DNA of 63,712 bases, counting the filler, from Reticulomyxa filosa (Eukaryota > Protista > Foraminifera): assembly GCA_000512085.1 (NCBI GenBank). It is 15 parts of 15 records of this genome, joined end to end, with 100 filler letters (N's around TTAATTAATTAA, not from the genome) between each part and the next. Parts side by side here need not be neighbours in the genome. Positions count along the whole stretch, not along the records: positions 35,272 to 44,564 come from ASPP01009498.1; positions 44,665 to 46,664 come from ASPP01028168.1; positions 46,765 to 52,754 come from ASPP01020330.1; 12 more parts are not named here. One strand, 5' to 3'. Positions 38,876-52,854 of the stretch are shown in pieces (position 1 is the first letter of the stretch; every line of letters begins with the position of its first letter). The notes below the pieces were generated by a model. The model searched no databases. It was not told where the DNA came from and worked only from the letters and a program-made list of their open reading frames with translations. The position numbers were made by a program, and so were the translations under genes.

Positions 38876-41022
38876 ATGTGCAAATGGAGTTTTTGCTTCG
38901 ATTGCTTTGTATTTATGGTTTCATTTTTTGATTTTGCAACAGATTTGTTGGTAATGAGACAATACTATGCTAGAAATTTGACCAAGTTTTTTTGGATCGG
39001 AATGAGCAACTTACTTTTCACACAATTGTGCTATTGTTTTGTCTTTATAAAAAGATATGTGGATGGAGGTCTAAAAAGAAAATTGATAGTGCTGCTATGT
39101 GTATTTCCAATCTCGCCACTGCTGTGTATTATTTTTTATTGTGCTTCTTTTCCAACTAACATTGTATCTACGCTGTTCCGCAAGATTGGACTTTCGCCAG
39201 ATGAATATTGGCCACGAATTTATATGTATTCCATGAATAATACAGAAGCAGTAGATCCAAAAAAATGGGTGGATGAAAAACTATTTAAAAACATTGGAAT
39301 TGTTTTAGAAGGAACAATTGAAGCAATTCCTCAAATCCTGATTCAAATGAGTGCACTTATATACACTCAACAAAGTGACTGGCTATCAGTGTTATCAATT
39401 GTATTGTCATCGCTTAGTTTTGCAAATCAAACTATTTACTTAACACGGCCGTTGGATATCTCAGTATTTTTATTAAACTGGCTTGCCATCATGTGTGACA
39501 TTTTTGGTACATTTGCATCCATTTCATGGGCCTTCTTCCCACAACGAAAAAATGATTGTGCTCATTTGTTCCTTAATGTGTTCGTACAACCCTTGGGAAT
39601 GGTTTGGTTTGCGAAGGTAATGTTATCAACTATCCCTTTTGTATGTTATGGCAATTTACTTGTAACAGCGGGAATTATTCTGGCTATTTCTTCAAAATGT
39701 AATCAAAATATTGTGTTGACTGGAATTTTTCTGATTGGAATTGGTGTCCTCACATTTTGTGTTGGGACCACTATTTGTTTATTTCTTATGGAATTTCCAT
39801 GCCTTTCGGTTGTGACACTTGCGATATATGGGTCCAATCAAGGACGCTATAAGTTTAGAATTTTTTTGAAATAAAAATATGTCCATATTTACATGACCAC
39901 AACAGTTTATAACAATAAAGGGATTATGCACGTGACACGTGGATAAACTTATTTGATTTTATTGAAGGGTCATATATTTCAAATAAATATTGGTGGAATA
40001 TATCCCTTTTATGCACGACAATGTGCTGTTGTCGAAGATGTACCAGTCATGTTTGCTGCGCATCTGTTCCAGCGGAACTGAAGCAGGCTGAACCTTCTAA
40101 AATTAGCAATGCTTTTACTCCTATTTTAGCAGCACAAGAGAGTGGTCGCAACAAAGAAAAACATTTGTTGACATCCAAATATCCAGAATTTGGAAAAAAA
40201 AATTGCATTTTCAATGAGAAATATTTCGACACTGTCTTGAGGTTGACTGCTGTCAATCTAATTGGTAGTAGTGGATACTTAAAAAAAGATGATGAAATGT
40301 TTAAACGTTTGTGTGATATCCTTTTGGTTAAAAATCGACATAATAATACGCATATCACTTGGCGAGACTTGACTTTCGCTCATTTGCGATACTTTAGTGC
40401 AGGATTTGAGTTATCCACTGTTTGCGAAGTATTTAAAGATTTTTGCTTGATGCCATTTAGAAAAACAAGACCTTTTGGTGAGTTTCAAGTGTCATTGACC
40501 TTATTGCATTGGTTTTGGTTATTTTATTTAATCGGTCGAGTACCAACTCTGCTTTTTCCATACTTGTGTTTGCTGTTTAATTTGATTATGTTCAAAGGTG
40601 CTGTCTTTTCAAATTTGTTGCAGTTAGGTTTGACCGGTATTCATATGATATTGGTGATTATATTAATATTTGCAATACTACCGCATGCTTTTTGGTGGTA
40701 TTGGATGTCATGGCACATTTTACCCGGTTTTTTTTGTATTTATTTGATTTCTTTGTTAATAAATTCAGTAATATGATATTTTAAAAAATATATAGGTCAA
40801 ACTTTTATAAAACAAAGAGCAGAGCCAGCTCAAATTCAGTTTGTGACATACGCAAAAAATGTATATGAGAGTATCATTGAACTTAGCACGCTACCAATAT
40901 TACAACATGAATTTGGTGATGACATTGCAAAAATTATTTGGTCGTTTATTCCTCATCCATTTGATTTACAAAACCTTCGCTCCGCTGAACCATTTCCTCG
41001 TACTAAAGGTTTGCTAATTTAA
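38876..41022 (+). CDS. XK-related (Xkr scramblase-like) multi-pass membrane protein
   Basis: 'FDFATDLLV..QYY', 'LEGTIEAIPQILIQ' (the XK E..ES.PQL.LQ motif) and 'LSIVLSSLS', followed by extra TM helices. Introns at ~39852-39919 and ~40727-40796. Confidence 0.72.
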
Positions 41023-41463
41023 TTATTTTGATTTTCTAACTTAAAAAATATTGTGCATCCAAAATTGTAACTTTTAATTTTCAAGGAAAAGTTTGTATAA
41101 ATTTGCATTAGTTTAAATAAAATGGCAATTCTAAGATCTGTTTAATAATCAATTTTTTAATTAAAAACATATAACTTTTTTGTACTATATTTGGTCTTTG
41201 AATTTTTAATATGTACAAATGATATTTATTAAATATCTTCGGTTTATGTTGCAGAAACAATCTTTTATAAAGATCTAAACTCATATGAGTTACTTGTTGT
41301 TTTATAGTTAGATAATTAGTGTCAATGAGTTTTTGTTATCTTTTTTTTTGCTGACAAATGATCGAATGAAACTTAGTGAATTGGAAATAAAAAAGTTGCA
41401 CTACACGGAAAATCGGGGATATTGATATAGAGATCGTTCTGCCAATAAAATTCCAAAAAAAAT

Positions 41464-44450
41464 TTAGAAAAACAATTTTTCTGTTGGAACAAAATAGAAA
41501 TCAATCCAACATTTGTCGTGTACAATGCATTTCCTACATCCAAGACCTGATCTAAATTCTATTGGCACGTGCATTGTTTTTACTTGAATGGCTCCATCTT
41601 GATACATAATACATACAAAGCGTAGCATTTGCATTGGCGTTACTATAGCTTTAAAACATCGATACAATTGTAACAACGAAATTCCAGGAGTTTCATAAAT
41701 TTTGCATTTTACAGCCTTATGCATTTTTTTAATTAAACTTTCATCCAAAGTGAAAATTGTATCAAATAATTTTGGTGTCTTTTCATTATCATTCTTTGTC
41801 TCGGTATCATTGTCTTGAGAATTGTTTTCGCGTCTAGCTAATATAATTCTTAAAAATGGGGATGTCATGAAACACCCAGCCAAAGACGTCCGCTCACAAA
41901 CATTAGGAATATCAAAATCCATTTTATTTCCTTTTTCTTTTATCGTCACTGTAAATGGACAAAGCATAGCATTATTGGTTTCTGTTCTTGGAATGATTAC
42001 ACACTTATTGAATATTTCCACAAAAATGATTTGATCTGTATTTATTAAATACCATAAATGCTGTCTGAATGCGCATTTTGATAAATATGAATTTTCAGCA
42101 TGTATGTATTTGTGATATGCGTCCAACCACTCTATCCCCCAAGGGTTTTCTGCAGTGAAACGGATTATCCAATCACAAACGCTAGTATTGATTTGCTTAT
42201 AGTATTCACTAATTGTCTTTTTGTCAGTACACGTCTTATTTTCCTCCGTTTTCGTTTCCTTCCATGTTTCTTTCCATGCGTTCCAATATATATCATCCTG
42301 TTCATTGATTTTCAAAAAAATAACAAAACAACAATAATGACAACAAAAAGGAAATGTAATTTTCTTCTAAACGGCCGTTTCTTGAAATAATACTGACATT
42401 GGAGCATCACTACTTTTTTTTATATTAGCCTGATCTTGTTCTTGTGGCATTTCTGTGTTTGTCCATTTTGTATCAACCCATCCATCTCTCAATAAGTATT
42501 CAATGCATGTGAGGGCATCTCTATCAGTGTATATTTGATCCTTAGATATTATCAATTGCTTATATCCAAGTATATTCTCTATTGTGGGCGGTTGCTCTGA
42601 AGCATTTGTTGCTGTTGGTTTACTTTGGTACATTTTATTAGAGTAACTTTCATTCCAAACAGAATCGTAAGTTATGGCGCTGTAACTCAATTCCAATGGC
42701 TTCAGCAAGCGAGAAGAAGTGGTAAAAGGGCGAATTTGTTGTAATTTTCGGTTGATAATTTTTTTTGTTTTTCGGGTCACGTAGCTATTTGAAAACAATT
42801 CTGTATGTAATTTAGACAAATACTTTAGTTGACCATTGTGCTTCCATACACCTTGATACAATGCAGAATCATATTTGTCATCGTCATTCAACATATTCAT
42901 ACGATACATATTCAATACATTCGAATAATATAAGCTGTCCACACATATATACTCCACACTATCCATCATCATTTCCATTTCTTCTTTCCTTACCACACTC
43001 TTGTTTGCCAACGTTGGAGTTATCATGTGTTCCGGCATTGCCGATTTTCCTATTGTTTTCTTTTTGTGTAGTATGTGTGAATTGAATTTCCAGTCAACAA
43101 ACAAACAAGCAAATGAACAAAAAAAAAAATAATAATAAGTAAAATAAAACAAACCAGCCAATTCTGATATGCTACCGCTTTGAGTTTATACCAACGATTA
43201 TAAATTGATTGCTTGGAATGGGAAATCTTATCTTTAAGTTCATGATATGCGTAATCTACAAAAGTGATTTCAATTCCCTGTTGTTTGATAATTTCATTGG
43301 CATCATTGGATGATAATGTATGAATCGGATTGGATGTGTCAATATTTGTTTTATTTAACATAAATTTCTCAAAGCATTGAATCACCAATGTATCATCCTG
43401 ATCTGTCCAAATGAGCTGTGTTTTTTTTTGTTTCGTCTTCAATTGAGGATCTGGCGTCAATACCACAAAAAATGAAATGCTACATTGTTTCAACAGTTTT
43501 CGAAACCATTCAAAGTTGATATAACTAAACAAAGTAAATATTCTTCGCAATGGCAATATGATCTGAGTCGCAAATTGTTTCCATACTTGCGAATCGCTCA
43601 AAGTTCCCTTTCTCATTCCATTTGCATGACTCCATTTCAAAATCTCACTGCATTTTTCCTGGGAAATGGGTATTTCATCCCATTGCGACGAATGCCACAA
43701 ATTCGGATATTTTTCATTGGGATATTCTTGGAGCAATACAGGAGGACTTCGATTCAAATCGAACGAGTCAAAGCGCCATGTATTGTCACAGCTCACTCCA
43801 ATTTCCAATTCTGACATTTCTGTATATATTATTTATTATTTTTCTTCTTCTTATTATTATTATTATTTTTTTTTTTGTCATTTGTTGTTATGTATTGTTA
43901 TTGGTTTCACATTCCCTCTCAAAACTTTCCTTTGTTGTCATTATCATTACTGCCATTGTCTTCCGAGAGAACCCCACAGAAGACTGATCGTTTGTTCGGA
44001 AAGCGTAAGCTAAATCTGAGAATAAGATCCTCAATTTTGCGTTTGAATTTTTTCCAAAATATATTGACATTTTGGGTTCCGAAGAAATAATGAAATTTCC
44101 CATCCATTATGATTTGCTCATTCAAATGTATTGCCGTCAATGGAATGTCTTTCGTTTCTCCTTTTTTTTTGTCCTCGTCTTGTGCGGAGGAAAATTTAAG
44201 AGATTGTTTATTGATTTTTTTGCTCTGCCACAATTGAGACTGATCCTTGATAAAATTTTTAAGTGCAGCTTCGTCAGCGAGATCGAGTCCAGTATAAACC
44301 ACCAACTTCATTGCAATGAGGACGTTGATATATTCCACAACTTGATAGATTCGAATGTCACTAATTCCCATTATCTCGTCATACATTTTCTCTGGCAAGT
44401 CCATTACTCTTCTTTCATGATGCAAATTTATTACTTCCACTTCACTCAAT
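41464..44450 (-). CDS. C-terminal part of a large protein, possibly TFIIIC B-block-binding subunit (GTF3C1/Tfc3)-like
   Basis: Four large exons. 'WTDQDDTLV' SANT/WH-like segment and C-terminal 'IYETPGISLLQLYRCFKAIVTP' winged-helix-like motif. Confidence 0.4.
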
Positions 44451-44664
44451 CTTTTTATTTTTATTTTTATTTTTATACAAAATAGCATACCATAAAAATG
44501 ATAATAATAAAACATTTAAAAAAAAAAAGAAACTTTTCATCTTTAAAAATTTGTGGATGTCCACNNNNNNNNNNNNNNNNNNNNNNNNNNNNNNNNNNNN
44601 NNNNNNNNTTAATTAATTAANNNNNNNNNNNNNNNNNNNNNNNNNNNNNNNNNNNNNNNNNNNN

Positions 44665-46664
44665 TTCCAAATTGCAAAGTCAATCCTTCATATTTATCCA
44701 CTTTTGATTTGATCTTTGTAGAAAAATTTGGAACGGCATTCAATTGATGAAGACCAAAGATTGTTTCACAATCATTAAATACCCATTTTCCTGTTTGACC
44801 TGCTTGTTCGAATTGTCCAATCTCTTTTACTACGGGCAATTGATCACCTTCTTTCACCAAGCGAAAAAGTTCTTCAAAATCCATATCCAAACACTTTGCC
44901 AACTTGCTGCCAAAGTTATTGCTTTGTTCAGGGAGTGTGATTATAGCCTTTGCCAATTCATAACTCGATTGAAATTTGGTGTCCCAGATTATCTTTTTCA
45001 TTGTTTGATTGATCTCGCGCAATGGGCTAACCAATTGGCGAAATTTTTCATTTTGGGAGTCATCCATTCTTTGAATTGCTAGCCCAAATTGTGATTGATC
45101 TGTAAAAATCCCATTGGTTGCCAAAGCTTGGATTTGTCTCTCATTATTGCAAATGAGTTCCAAAACATCTCGTTTATTTGAAATATCCCCAAAATAATGT
45201 CTACATTTCAAATACCATTCTGATGCCTCCTTTATGGATGCTTTGTCCTTTTTTTGTTCCGATTGAGCAATGATATATACAAAATGTTGCCACATTTCAT
45301 TGTCTTTCAAAATTTTAATTTTATGGATATTTTGAATTATCATGGTTGCGTTTTTTAATAGTCTCAAGTGATCTCTTGTTTGCAAAAAATATGAGGCGTT
45401 TTCTATGTCTTGTAAATAGGTTTTAATTGTATCTTTTTCTTGGTGCTTAGTGTCGGGAAACAAAATGTTCATCTCCAATTTCCAGTTTGTAACCTGGTAT
45501 GGCTCTAAATCGGCGTATTGCAATGTACTGTTTTTGATTTTAGATATTAAATGATTCCAATCCGAATCTGCCTGTTCAAATATACCCATGAGATTGTCGA
45601 TGGTGGAAATTAGATTGGGATTGTATGCTGCTTGTTTTTTGTTCCATATTATATGAAACACATCACTTTTCTCTCTGTCCACCATCCATTGAAATTCATT
45701 ACTGAAATCACTTAACAATTTTCGTTCTTTTCCAAATTTGGTTTCAAAATCTGAAAGATAATGACGATCCAAGTTTCTACAAAACTCATAAAATTCATTC
45801 AATTCAGCAGGAATTGTCAATAGATATCTTTGTGAAACTATCATAAAATTGTCAGCCAATGTTTTGTATTTGACAAATTTTTTCATTACAGGATTTAGAT
45901 TTGATAAGTCAATTACATTTTCACTCAATTTACGAATACGCACTTCATTTTCATCCTTTTTTAGGAACTCACAAAGAGAAAAAGTGAGTTTATCGCTTTT
46001 GATAATACTATCTAATGCTTTCAACATCTTTTGGATAAACTTCCACAAATTATCAATAATTGCTATTGTTTGACACTCAATCAAAAATTCTTTCCATCCA
46101 ACACATGCAACACAATATTCCAACTCACTCTTAAATAATTCTTCCTTATTTTGTGAAACTTTTTCTTCTTTCTCATTTTCATTAGAAATAACATTATTCC
46201 TCGTCCAAAATGATGCATCGCTGTCACATTTATGTTTTTTGTTTTGATAGTCTTATATCTTAGTCAGCAAAGTAAAACACGAAGAAAAGATTGTTTTGAC
46301 AATACTGTTCAGATGGAATTTTGATAATCAATAACAACAACCACGTCCATCCATTAATACTACCGTCTTTCTTTGAGAGCGATTTAATCACATGATTTTT
46401 CAACTCATTACGAGATTCGTCATCCCAACATCTGTTGTCAAAATGAAAATGATCGGTGTTTGATTCCACCAGTTCCTTAAATATTTTACGAAAGTCTTCC
46501 TCAATTGTATTGTACCGAGAAGGATGGAGGAACCATATTACCTTGCGATGGTAGCACTTGTCAGTAAATTTCTCACCAAAATTGTCAGAAACCCACCACT
46601 TCCTTAGCGATTGAGTCAGTAGATTTAACCATTGATTTTGATTCTTTTTAATGTCGTAATTGAA
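44665..46664 (-). CDS. Fragment of a very large alpha-helical protein, tentatively RNF213/mysterin-stalk-like
   Basis: About 490 aa of intronless open frame runs off the contig end. The upstream part has frame breaks. Only weak resemblance to the RNF213 pre-AAA region. Confidence 0.3.
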
Positions 46665-46832
46665 NNNNNNNNNNNNNNNNNNNNNNNNNNNNNNNNNNNN
46701 NNNNNNNNTTAATTAATTAANNNNNNNNNNNNNNNNNNNNNNNNNNNNNNNNNNNNNNNNNNNNATTGGAATTCGAAACAAAGTGAGTCAATTGAACCAC
46801 AATTTAAAATTTTTTTTAAAATAAATTTTCAG

Positions 46833-48338
46833 ATGACCACAAGAACAGACAATAGTTAACTGCTGGATCATTTTTTAAGTTAAACACAGCAAATAAATAC
46901 GATATATTTTTTATTAAATTGTGTCAAATATATTAGCTACCTTTTTTCAAGTGCTTTTTTTTTTTTGTGTATATATCATAGAATGCTGAGACTTTTGCAA
47001 CAAGTGGTAAACATAGATAGGGAATTAAGAAATTGTGCTGAACAAATAAAACAGTTGAAAGCATTCATTAAAGAAAAACGTGAAGCCCAAAGTTAAGTTT
47101 TTGAAACTTGTAATTTGTCCAAATGCAATTTTGGAAATAATTGTATGCTAATAATAAACAAAAGATGGACAAGTATTAAAAAACTATTCAGAAAGCAAGC
47201 AACCCGAAAGATCAGAAAAAGGGTTAAAAGCAAGAATGATATTGAAAGGTCATTTCGGTAAAGTATATGGCATTGATTGGCACACTGATAATACACATTT
47301 GCTGTCCGTCTCTCAAGATGGAAAGTTGATAGTTTTGTTTATTTTTTGAAAAAGTAATGATAATATTTTCATTTGTATGTTTATCATTATATATGTACAT
47401 ATATACATTTATATATATATATATATATAGATATGGGATACATCCACTGCGAAAAGAAGAGGAGCTGTTTCATTGTGGACAAGTCATACAATGACATGTG
47501 CATTTTCTCCAAGTGGAAATCTGACAGCTTCAGGAGGATTAGATAATATATGTACTCTTACTGATATTTCGGAAATGTATAAACCTGAATCAAAATCAAT
47601 ATTTAAAAAAAATGAATGGAGAGAAAAAAGTAAAACAATATGCGAATTAAGGGGACACGAAGGATATTTGAGCTGTTGTAAATTCGTTGATGAAAATACC
47701 ATTATTACAACTTCTGGAGATTCAACTGCTATTCATTGGGACATTGAAAGAAAATGTATTTTGAATATCTTTTTAGGACATCGGAATGATGTTATGTCAG
47801 TATGTGTTGATCGATCAAGTCATTTGTTTGTTACTGCATCTACTGATGCAACTGCTAAAGTGTGGGATTACAGAATTCCCAAACGATATGTTCTTGATTT
47901 TGATGGATATCATACAAATGATATCAATTGGTAATTTCGTGTATATTTTTGCGAATAGATTAAAATGAAGATATTGACAATTTTTTTTTTTTTTTTTTTT
48001 TTTCAAACAGTGCTGAATTTTTCCCAAATAAACGATCTTTTGTAACTGGATCTGATGACTCCAGTTGTAGATTGTTTGACTTACGTTCTTATCAACAATT
48101 GGCTATTTATCAAAAAGAAATGCAACATTCAATTTGGTCGGTTGATGTTTCTGTATCGGGATATTCTTTGTTTGCTGCATATGATACAGGAAATGTGGTA
48201 TTTGCATGGAATACTATTAATGCAGAAGTAGATTATTCGTTGCAACATCCACAACGACCCTCTCGTTTGAAACTACCTCAAAATGGAACTGTCGTTGCTA
48301 CTGCATGTTGGGATCATATTGTTCGTATTTGGTCATAA
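46833..48338 (+). CDS. Heterotrimeric G-protein beta subunit (divergent paralogue)
   Basis: N-terminal coiled coil, then 'LKGHFGKVYGIDW..D..HLLSVSQDGKLIIWD', 'MTCAFSPSG..TASGGLDNIC', 'ELRGHEGYLSCCKF...TTSGDST', 'TGSDDSSCRLFDLR' and 'WDHIVRIWS*'. Confidence 0.9.
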
Positions 48339-48856
48339 AGACCAAATCATTCAGTCCATCAAAGTTTTAAAAAAAAAACCGATATTTCATTTCAAATGCT
48401 TTTTTTCTCCCAAAGAAAAAAGCTATCTTCAAATTCTAAAAAAAATGTGTAGCGATCTAATAAAAGCTTTTTTTTTTTCTTAAGAATGAAAAATGTGTAA
48501 AATTGTGCCACTTCTCTAGACCAGCACAAATGTTTCGTTTACAAACGCAATGTTTGTAACCTTTTTTGGTGCAATTGACAAATAAACTTCATTGATCATT
48601 CTTAGAAGTTGGATACTTGTGCGTTATATCTGTATAATTATGGAGAATATTATCTTTCTCACAAATTCCAAACGAAAAAAGAAAACTAAAATATTTTTAA
48701 AATAAAATAATTTTCAGTCGTATTTCTCATTTACATACTTGTTACAGGAAAACTTTTGGGCACGACGGACGTCGAGGGTCCACTGTATTGTCAAAAAAAA
48801 AAAGCGTCTACGTCGTGTGTTTTTGGAGGTGAAGAAAGATACTCTTTTTCAAATCA

Positions 48857-49923
48857 TGTCTGAATTAAATACTTCACAAGAGTACTTATGTGCTGAAATC
48901 GCAGACGAAATAGTTAACAGGAGAGAGGTTAGTGAAGTCGTTCAAGCCAAACAAATTGAGAAAACAAAGGAGATATATCATGTAACAACCTTTTTCATGT
49001 ACACATGTATATATAAATAAAATAAAAGCCCAAGAAAAAACAAGACTTAGAAACGCTGGATATGCGAATGCTTTTATGGGGCGAAAAAGTTTAACTTTGC
49101 TTCGTCAGCAAAAAGAAACAGACGTACCAGAAACGGGTCACATGCACATAAAACAAAATAGGATATCACGTCACGAATGAAAATTCGACAGAAAAATGAA
49201 ATGATTGAAAGATTTGTAAAAAGTGTTGCTTGTTTGCGAGAAGAAGTTTGCAAATTTTTGTTGTTGTTGTTGTTATTGTTGTTCTTGAGTCCGGTTCAAA
49301 TAACAAAAAAAAGAATCATTCCGACAAAAGTTTGAGAGTGAAAAAGAAAAGTAAAAAAAAAAAGGTACATACCACAAATAACAACTACCATAAACAACAG
49401 TTGGCAATAATGAAAGAAGAAAGCGCAGAAATACGGTTACAAAATGAGCAAATGCAATTCCAGCATGAACTTGCACAATCAAGGTTTTCTTTTTTGAAAC
49501 AAAATGGAGGAAGGGGGGGGGGGAGGTGGTAGATGCAACGTATAACACAACAACAAACAAAAAAAGAATGGACGAAAAAATGGCACTCGGACAAGCGTTT
49601 TTACTTCCGGAAGAGGTGGATTTTGATGGGTTTAGCTTTTGTAATGTCGAAAATGAATCTTCGACTATCAGATTGGCGTTGGACACTGCAAAGGAGACGA
49701 TAGATGTGTGGAATGCCAGTAAAACCTTTGACTTGAAAATAGACGTGGACCTGGAGCAAGATTGCTCGGAACAAAAAGGCCAGTGCTGCGCGATGAAAAG
49801 TTTGGAGTTGGTATTTCAACCTTGGAAAGACAATCAACAAGCAAGATTAGGGTCTATTGCACAAATTTTCAGCACTTTGGCAGAACAGAATTGTTTTATT
49901 GAGGTTTGCTAGCTTTATTAGTA

Positions 49924-49957
<34 letters not shown>

Positions 49958-51099
49958 GTTATTCCTTTTTGAAAAAAAATTGTTTGATGTGGCTCTCTTT
50001 TTTTTCTTTCGAAACAAAAGGATAAGCTCAAAACGTTGGCAACGGATATTGAAGCGCTCGAAAAGCGGAATGATACTATAGATATGGAGTACAAGCATCA
50101 GGTGAAGGTTAAAGAGGATTTGTACGAGAAGTTGAAGAATGCATTCGCGTTGTGCAGCGAAGCGATAATGCTACAAAATAAACTGTATCCCAGAAAACGA
50201 ATTGTGAGCAAGAGTTGAAGTCGGCGAGAACGGACAGAGAAGAGTTTGAAAAGCTACATTGCCAGTGTGAGACTCTGCTGATATCGTATGAACAATACAA
50301 TGAAGAGATGATTGGGGAAATAAAAAAGCTGAATGACATGGTGGAAAGCAAATGGAGCGCATTTGAGAAAACTTGGAGGAACTGGAGCGAACATGGAGTT
50401 GTGGTTTTTGCTCAAAAAAAGATGAATTGGTGGGAGTGCGGAAATATTGTAACACAAGAAAGAATTGCAATGATGCAAAAAAAATTGAAAGAACATAACG
50501 TTCAAGGATCCACTCTTTCCATTGTTTCCAAGAAAGATATTATGGATGTGTTTGGTATTCGTAACTTTAATGACTCCACCAAACTCTATGATGCCATTCA
50601 AGTGTTGTTTCAGCAATCCACTGCCGCGGTTTGTCTCTTTGCTTGTTTTGATAGCACAAACAAATAAACTAAACCAAACTGTGTCAAACATAATATAAGC
50701 CTCCGAATATTCCAGAAAAATTCTTTTGTCCAATCTGTTGTGAAAAATTGGTTGACCCTGTGATTGCTTTGGATGGCAAAACGTATTGTCGGTTTTGTAT
50801 TGAAAACTGGATCGTTGATCGCAAATCTAATCCTATGTCGCCTCAAGGCAAGCGCTTGACAACAAGCAAAGGGGTACTTCATTTATGCTCTAATAGCCAA
50901 TTGCAACAAGAAATTCTCAATTTTTTTATGGCTCATCCTCATTTAAAACTGCCTTCAAGTTTTGCCTCTAATTTATTTTTCTGGTGTTTTGGTAAACAAC
51001 AGAGGAGAAAAAAAAATATCAGACGAAAACGAAGGACCAGAAGGAAACCGAACTGAAACAAAACAAACATCTGATCAAGCAAATGTGGGGCAGGCGTGA
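48857..51099 (+). CDS. Coiled-coil, SAM and U-box/RING E3 ligase-like protein (multi-exon)
   Basis: SAM 'WRNWS...LKEHNVQGSTL..VSKKDIMDVFGI..F.D..KLYDAIQ'. U-box 'IPEKFFCPICCEKLVDPVIALDGKTYCRFCIENW....PMS...L..N..LQQEI'. Confidence 0.78.
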
Positions 51100-51830
51100 C
51101 CACATTAATTTCATTCTAAAATGCATTGAATATTTTTTCTCTTTTGAATAGATTTTTTTTATTTTAATTTAAACAAGTTGCGGATATTTTTATATTTAAA
51201 AGCATTAATTCTACATTAAATGCAAACAAGTTCGTAGTTTTCATTCACTAAAAGCAAGCCCAACCAAAAGAAAAAAAAGGTTCTGTTTAAGAAAATAGGG
51301 ATAACAACTCAGTTAACTTGCTTCGATGAAAAAGTGGAAGATGAATCCTTTTCTTTTTTGGGGATGAGTAATACGAAACAAAGGAAAGTCCTTTGTTCGG
51401 AGCTGTTTTTGAAATTGTAATTTGAAGGATGGTTACAAAAGGAGAAAAAACAACACACATCACCAACAATAACAAATGTTACAAGTAGTTCATGACTACA
51501 CAAGCCACACAGAAGAGGAACACACAACAAATAAGATAATCATGAGCTGATTCAAATTACTTGCTCAGTCTCTCCTTGATGAGCTCTTACTTTTTTAAAA
51601 CATTTTTCAGGGTCTTTTTGACGCCATGAGGAAAGAGCGACAGAAACGAAACAAATAAGCTCACTTTTTTTGAGGTTACAAAAAAAGAGGGAACAGAAAA
51701 AAGAAAATAAAAACAAGATCAAAGCAAAAAAAAATCCTTTTTATCATGTATTCGAGTGAATTAAAGCAAGACCAAGAACGAATAAAAAATTTGAGGATAG
51801 GCACTGTGTGGCTGTTTTTTTTAATACATT

Positions 51831-52482
51831 TTAAAGCAGAATACAAAATCCAGGCTTTTTGGCTTCAGTAGCATTGTGACTTGGGCCTTTTGGTTTTTTT
51901 TTTCGAATTTGTTCCACACATTCCAAAAACACTTCGTCAATATTAATTTTTTCTTTAGCACTTGCTTCTAACCAATAACATTTCCATTCTTTACTCTTTT
52001 CCTCTGCCTCTTCTCTGCTCACTGCTCTTTCGTGTTCTAAGTCACATTTATTTCCAACCAACACCAACGGCAATTTTCCTTTTTCTGGATCTATGTCAAT
52101 TGTTCGGATTATTTTGTCTCGGATATTCGCTGCTTCAACCAATGAATCTTTATGATTTATTGCGTACACTAAGACAAATCCGTCACCCTTTTTTTTTTAA
52201 TTTTTTTTTTCGATTTAAAAAAAGTATACGTTTTTGATTTTGTAATTTAATTTTTGTTTTTTTGCTTACATCTCGGATCCATTGATCCTGCAAAGCAGAA
52301 AACTCCTCTTGTCCGGCGGTATCCAATATGTGAATAACGTCATTCCCCACTTGTTTTGAGTATGAGTCTTCAATAGTTGGGTCGTAGATCTGCTCAAATT
52401 CTCCCGTTATGAAGCGTATTGTCAATGCACTTTTGCCAACTGCCCCACCTCCCAAGACCGTGATTTTAAACTCAGCCGTCAT
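51831..52482 (-). CDS. Ras-family small GTPase (1 intron, ~52189-52269)
   Basis: [36 protein letters not shown] and C-terminal CaaX CILL. Confidence 0.95.
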
Positions 52483-52854
52483 ATATCTTTTTTAAATTTT
52501 CTCTGCCAGAGATATAAGGTTAACGATAAAGCTGTAAACTGCCCGTTCGGACCCTTTCTCTTTGTTTTTTTTTTCTCTGTCAACAAACTGAGATTTTTGG
52601 GCGGTAGCGAGCGATGATCTTGTCAAAAAGCGAAATGAAAGAAACTGGAAATAAGCGGAAAAAGAGAAAGTGCGTGACCAAGAAAAGGAGAATAGGAAAA
52701 AAAATTCGTATCATATGTAGCCACATTTTTTTTTTTGGAAAAGGAGGGGGGGGGNNNNNNNNNNNNNNNNNNNNNNNNNNNNNNNNNNNNNNNNNNNNTT
52801 AATTAATTAANNNNNNNNNNNNNNNNNNNNNNNNNNNNNNNNNNNNNNNNNNNN

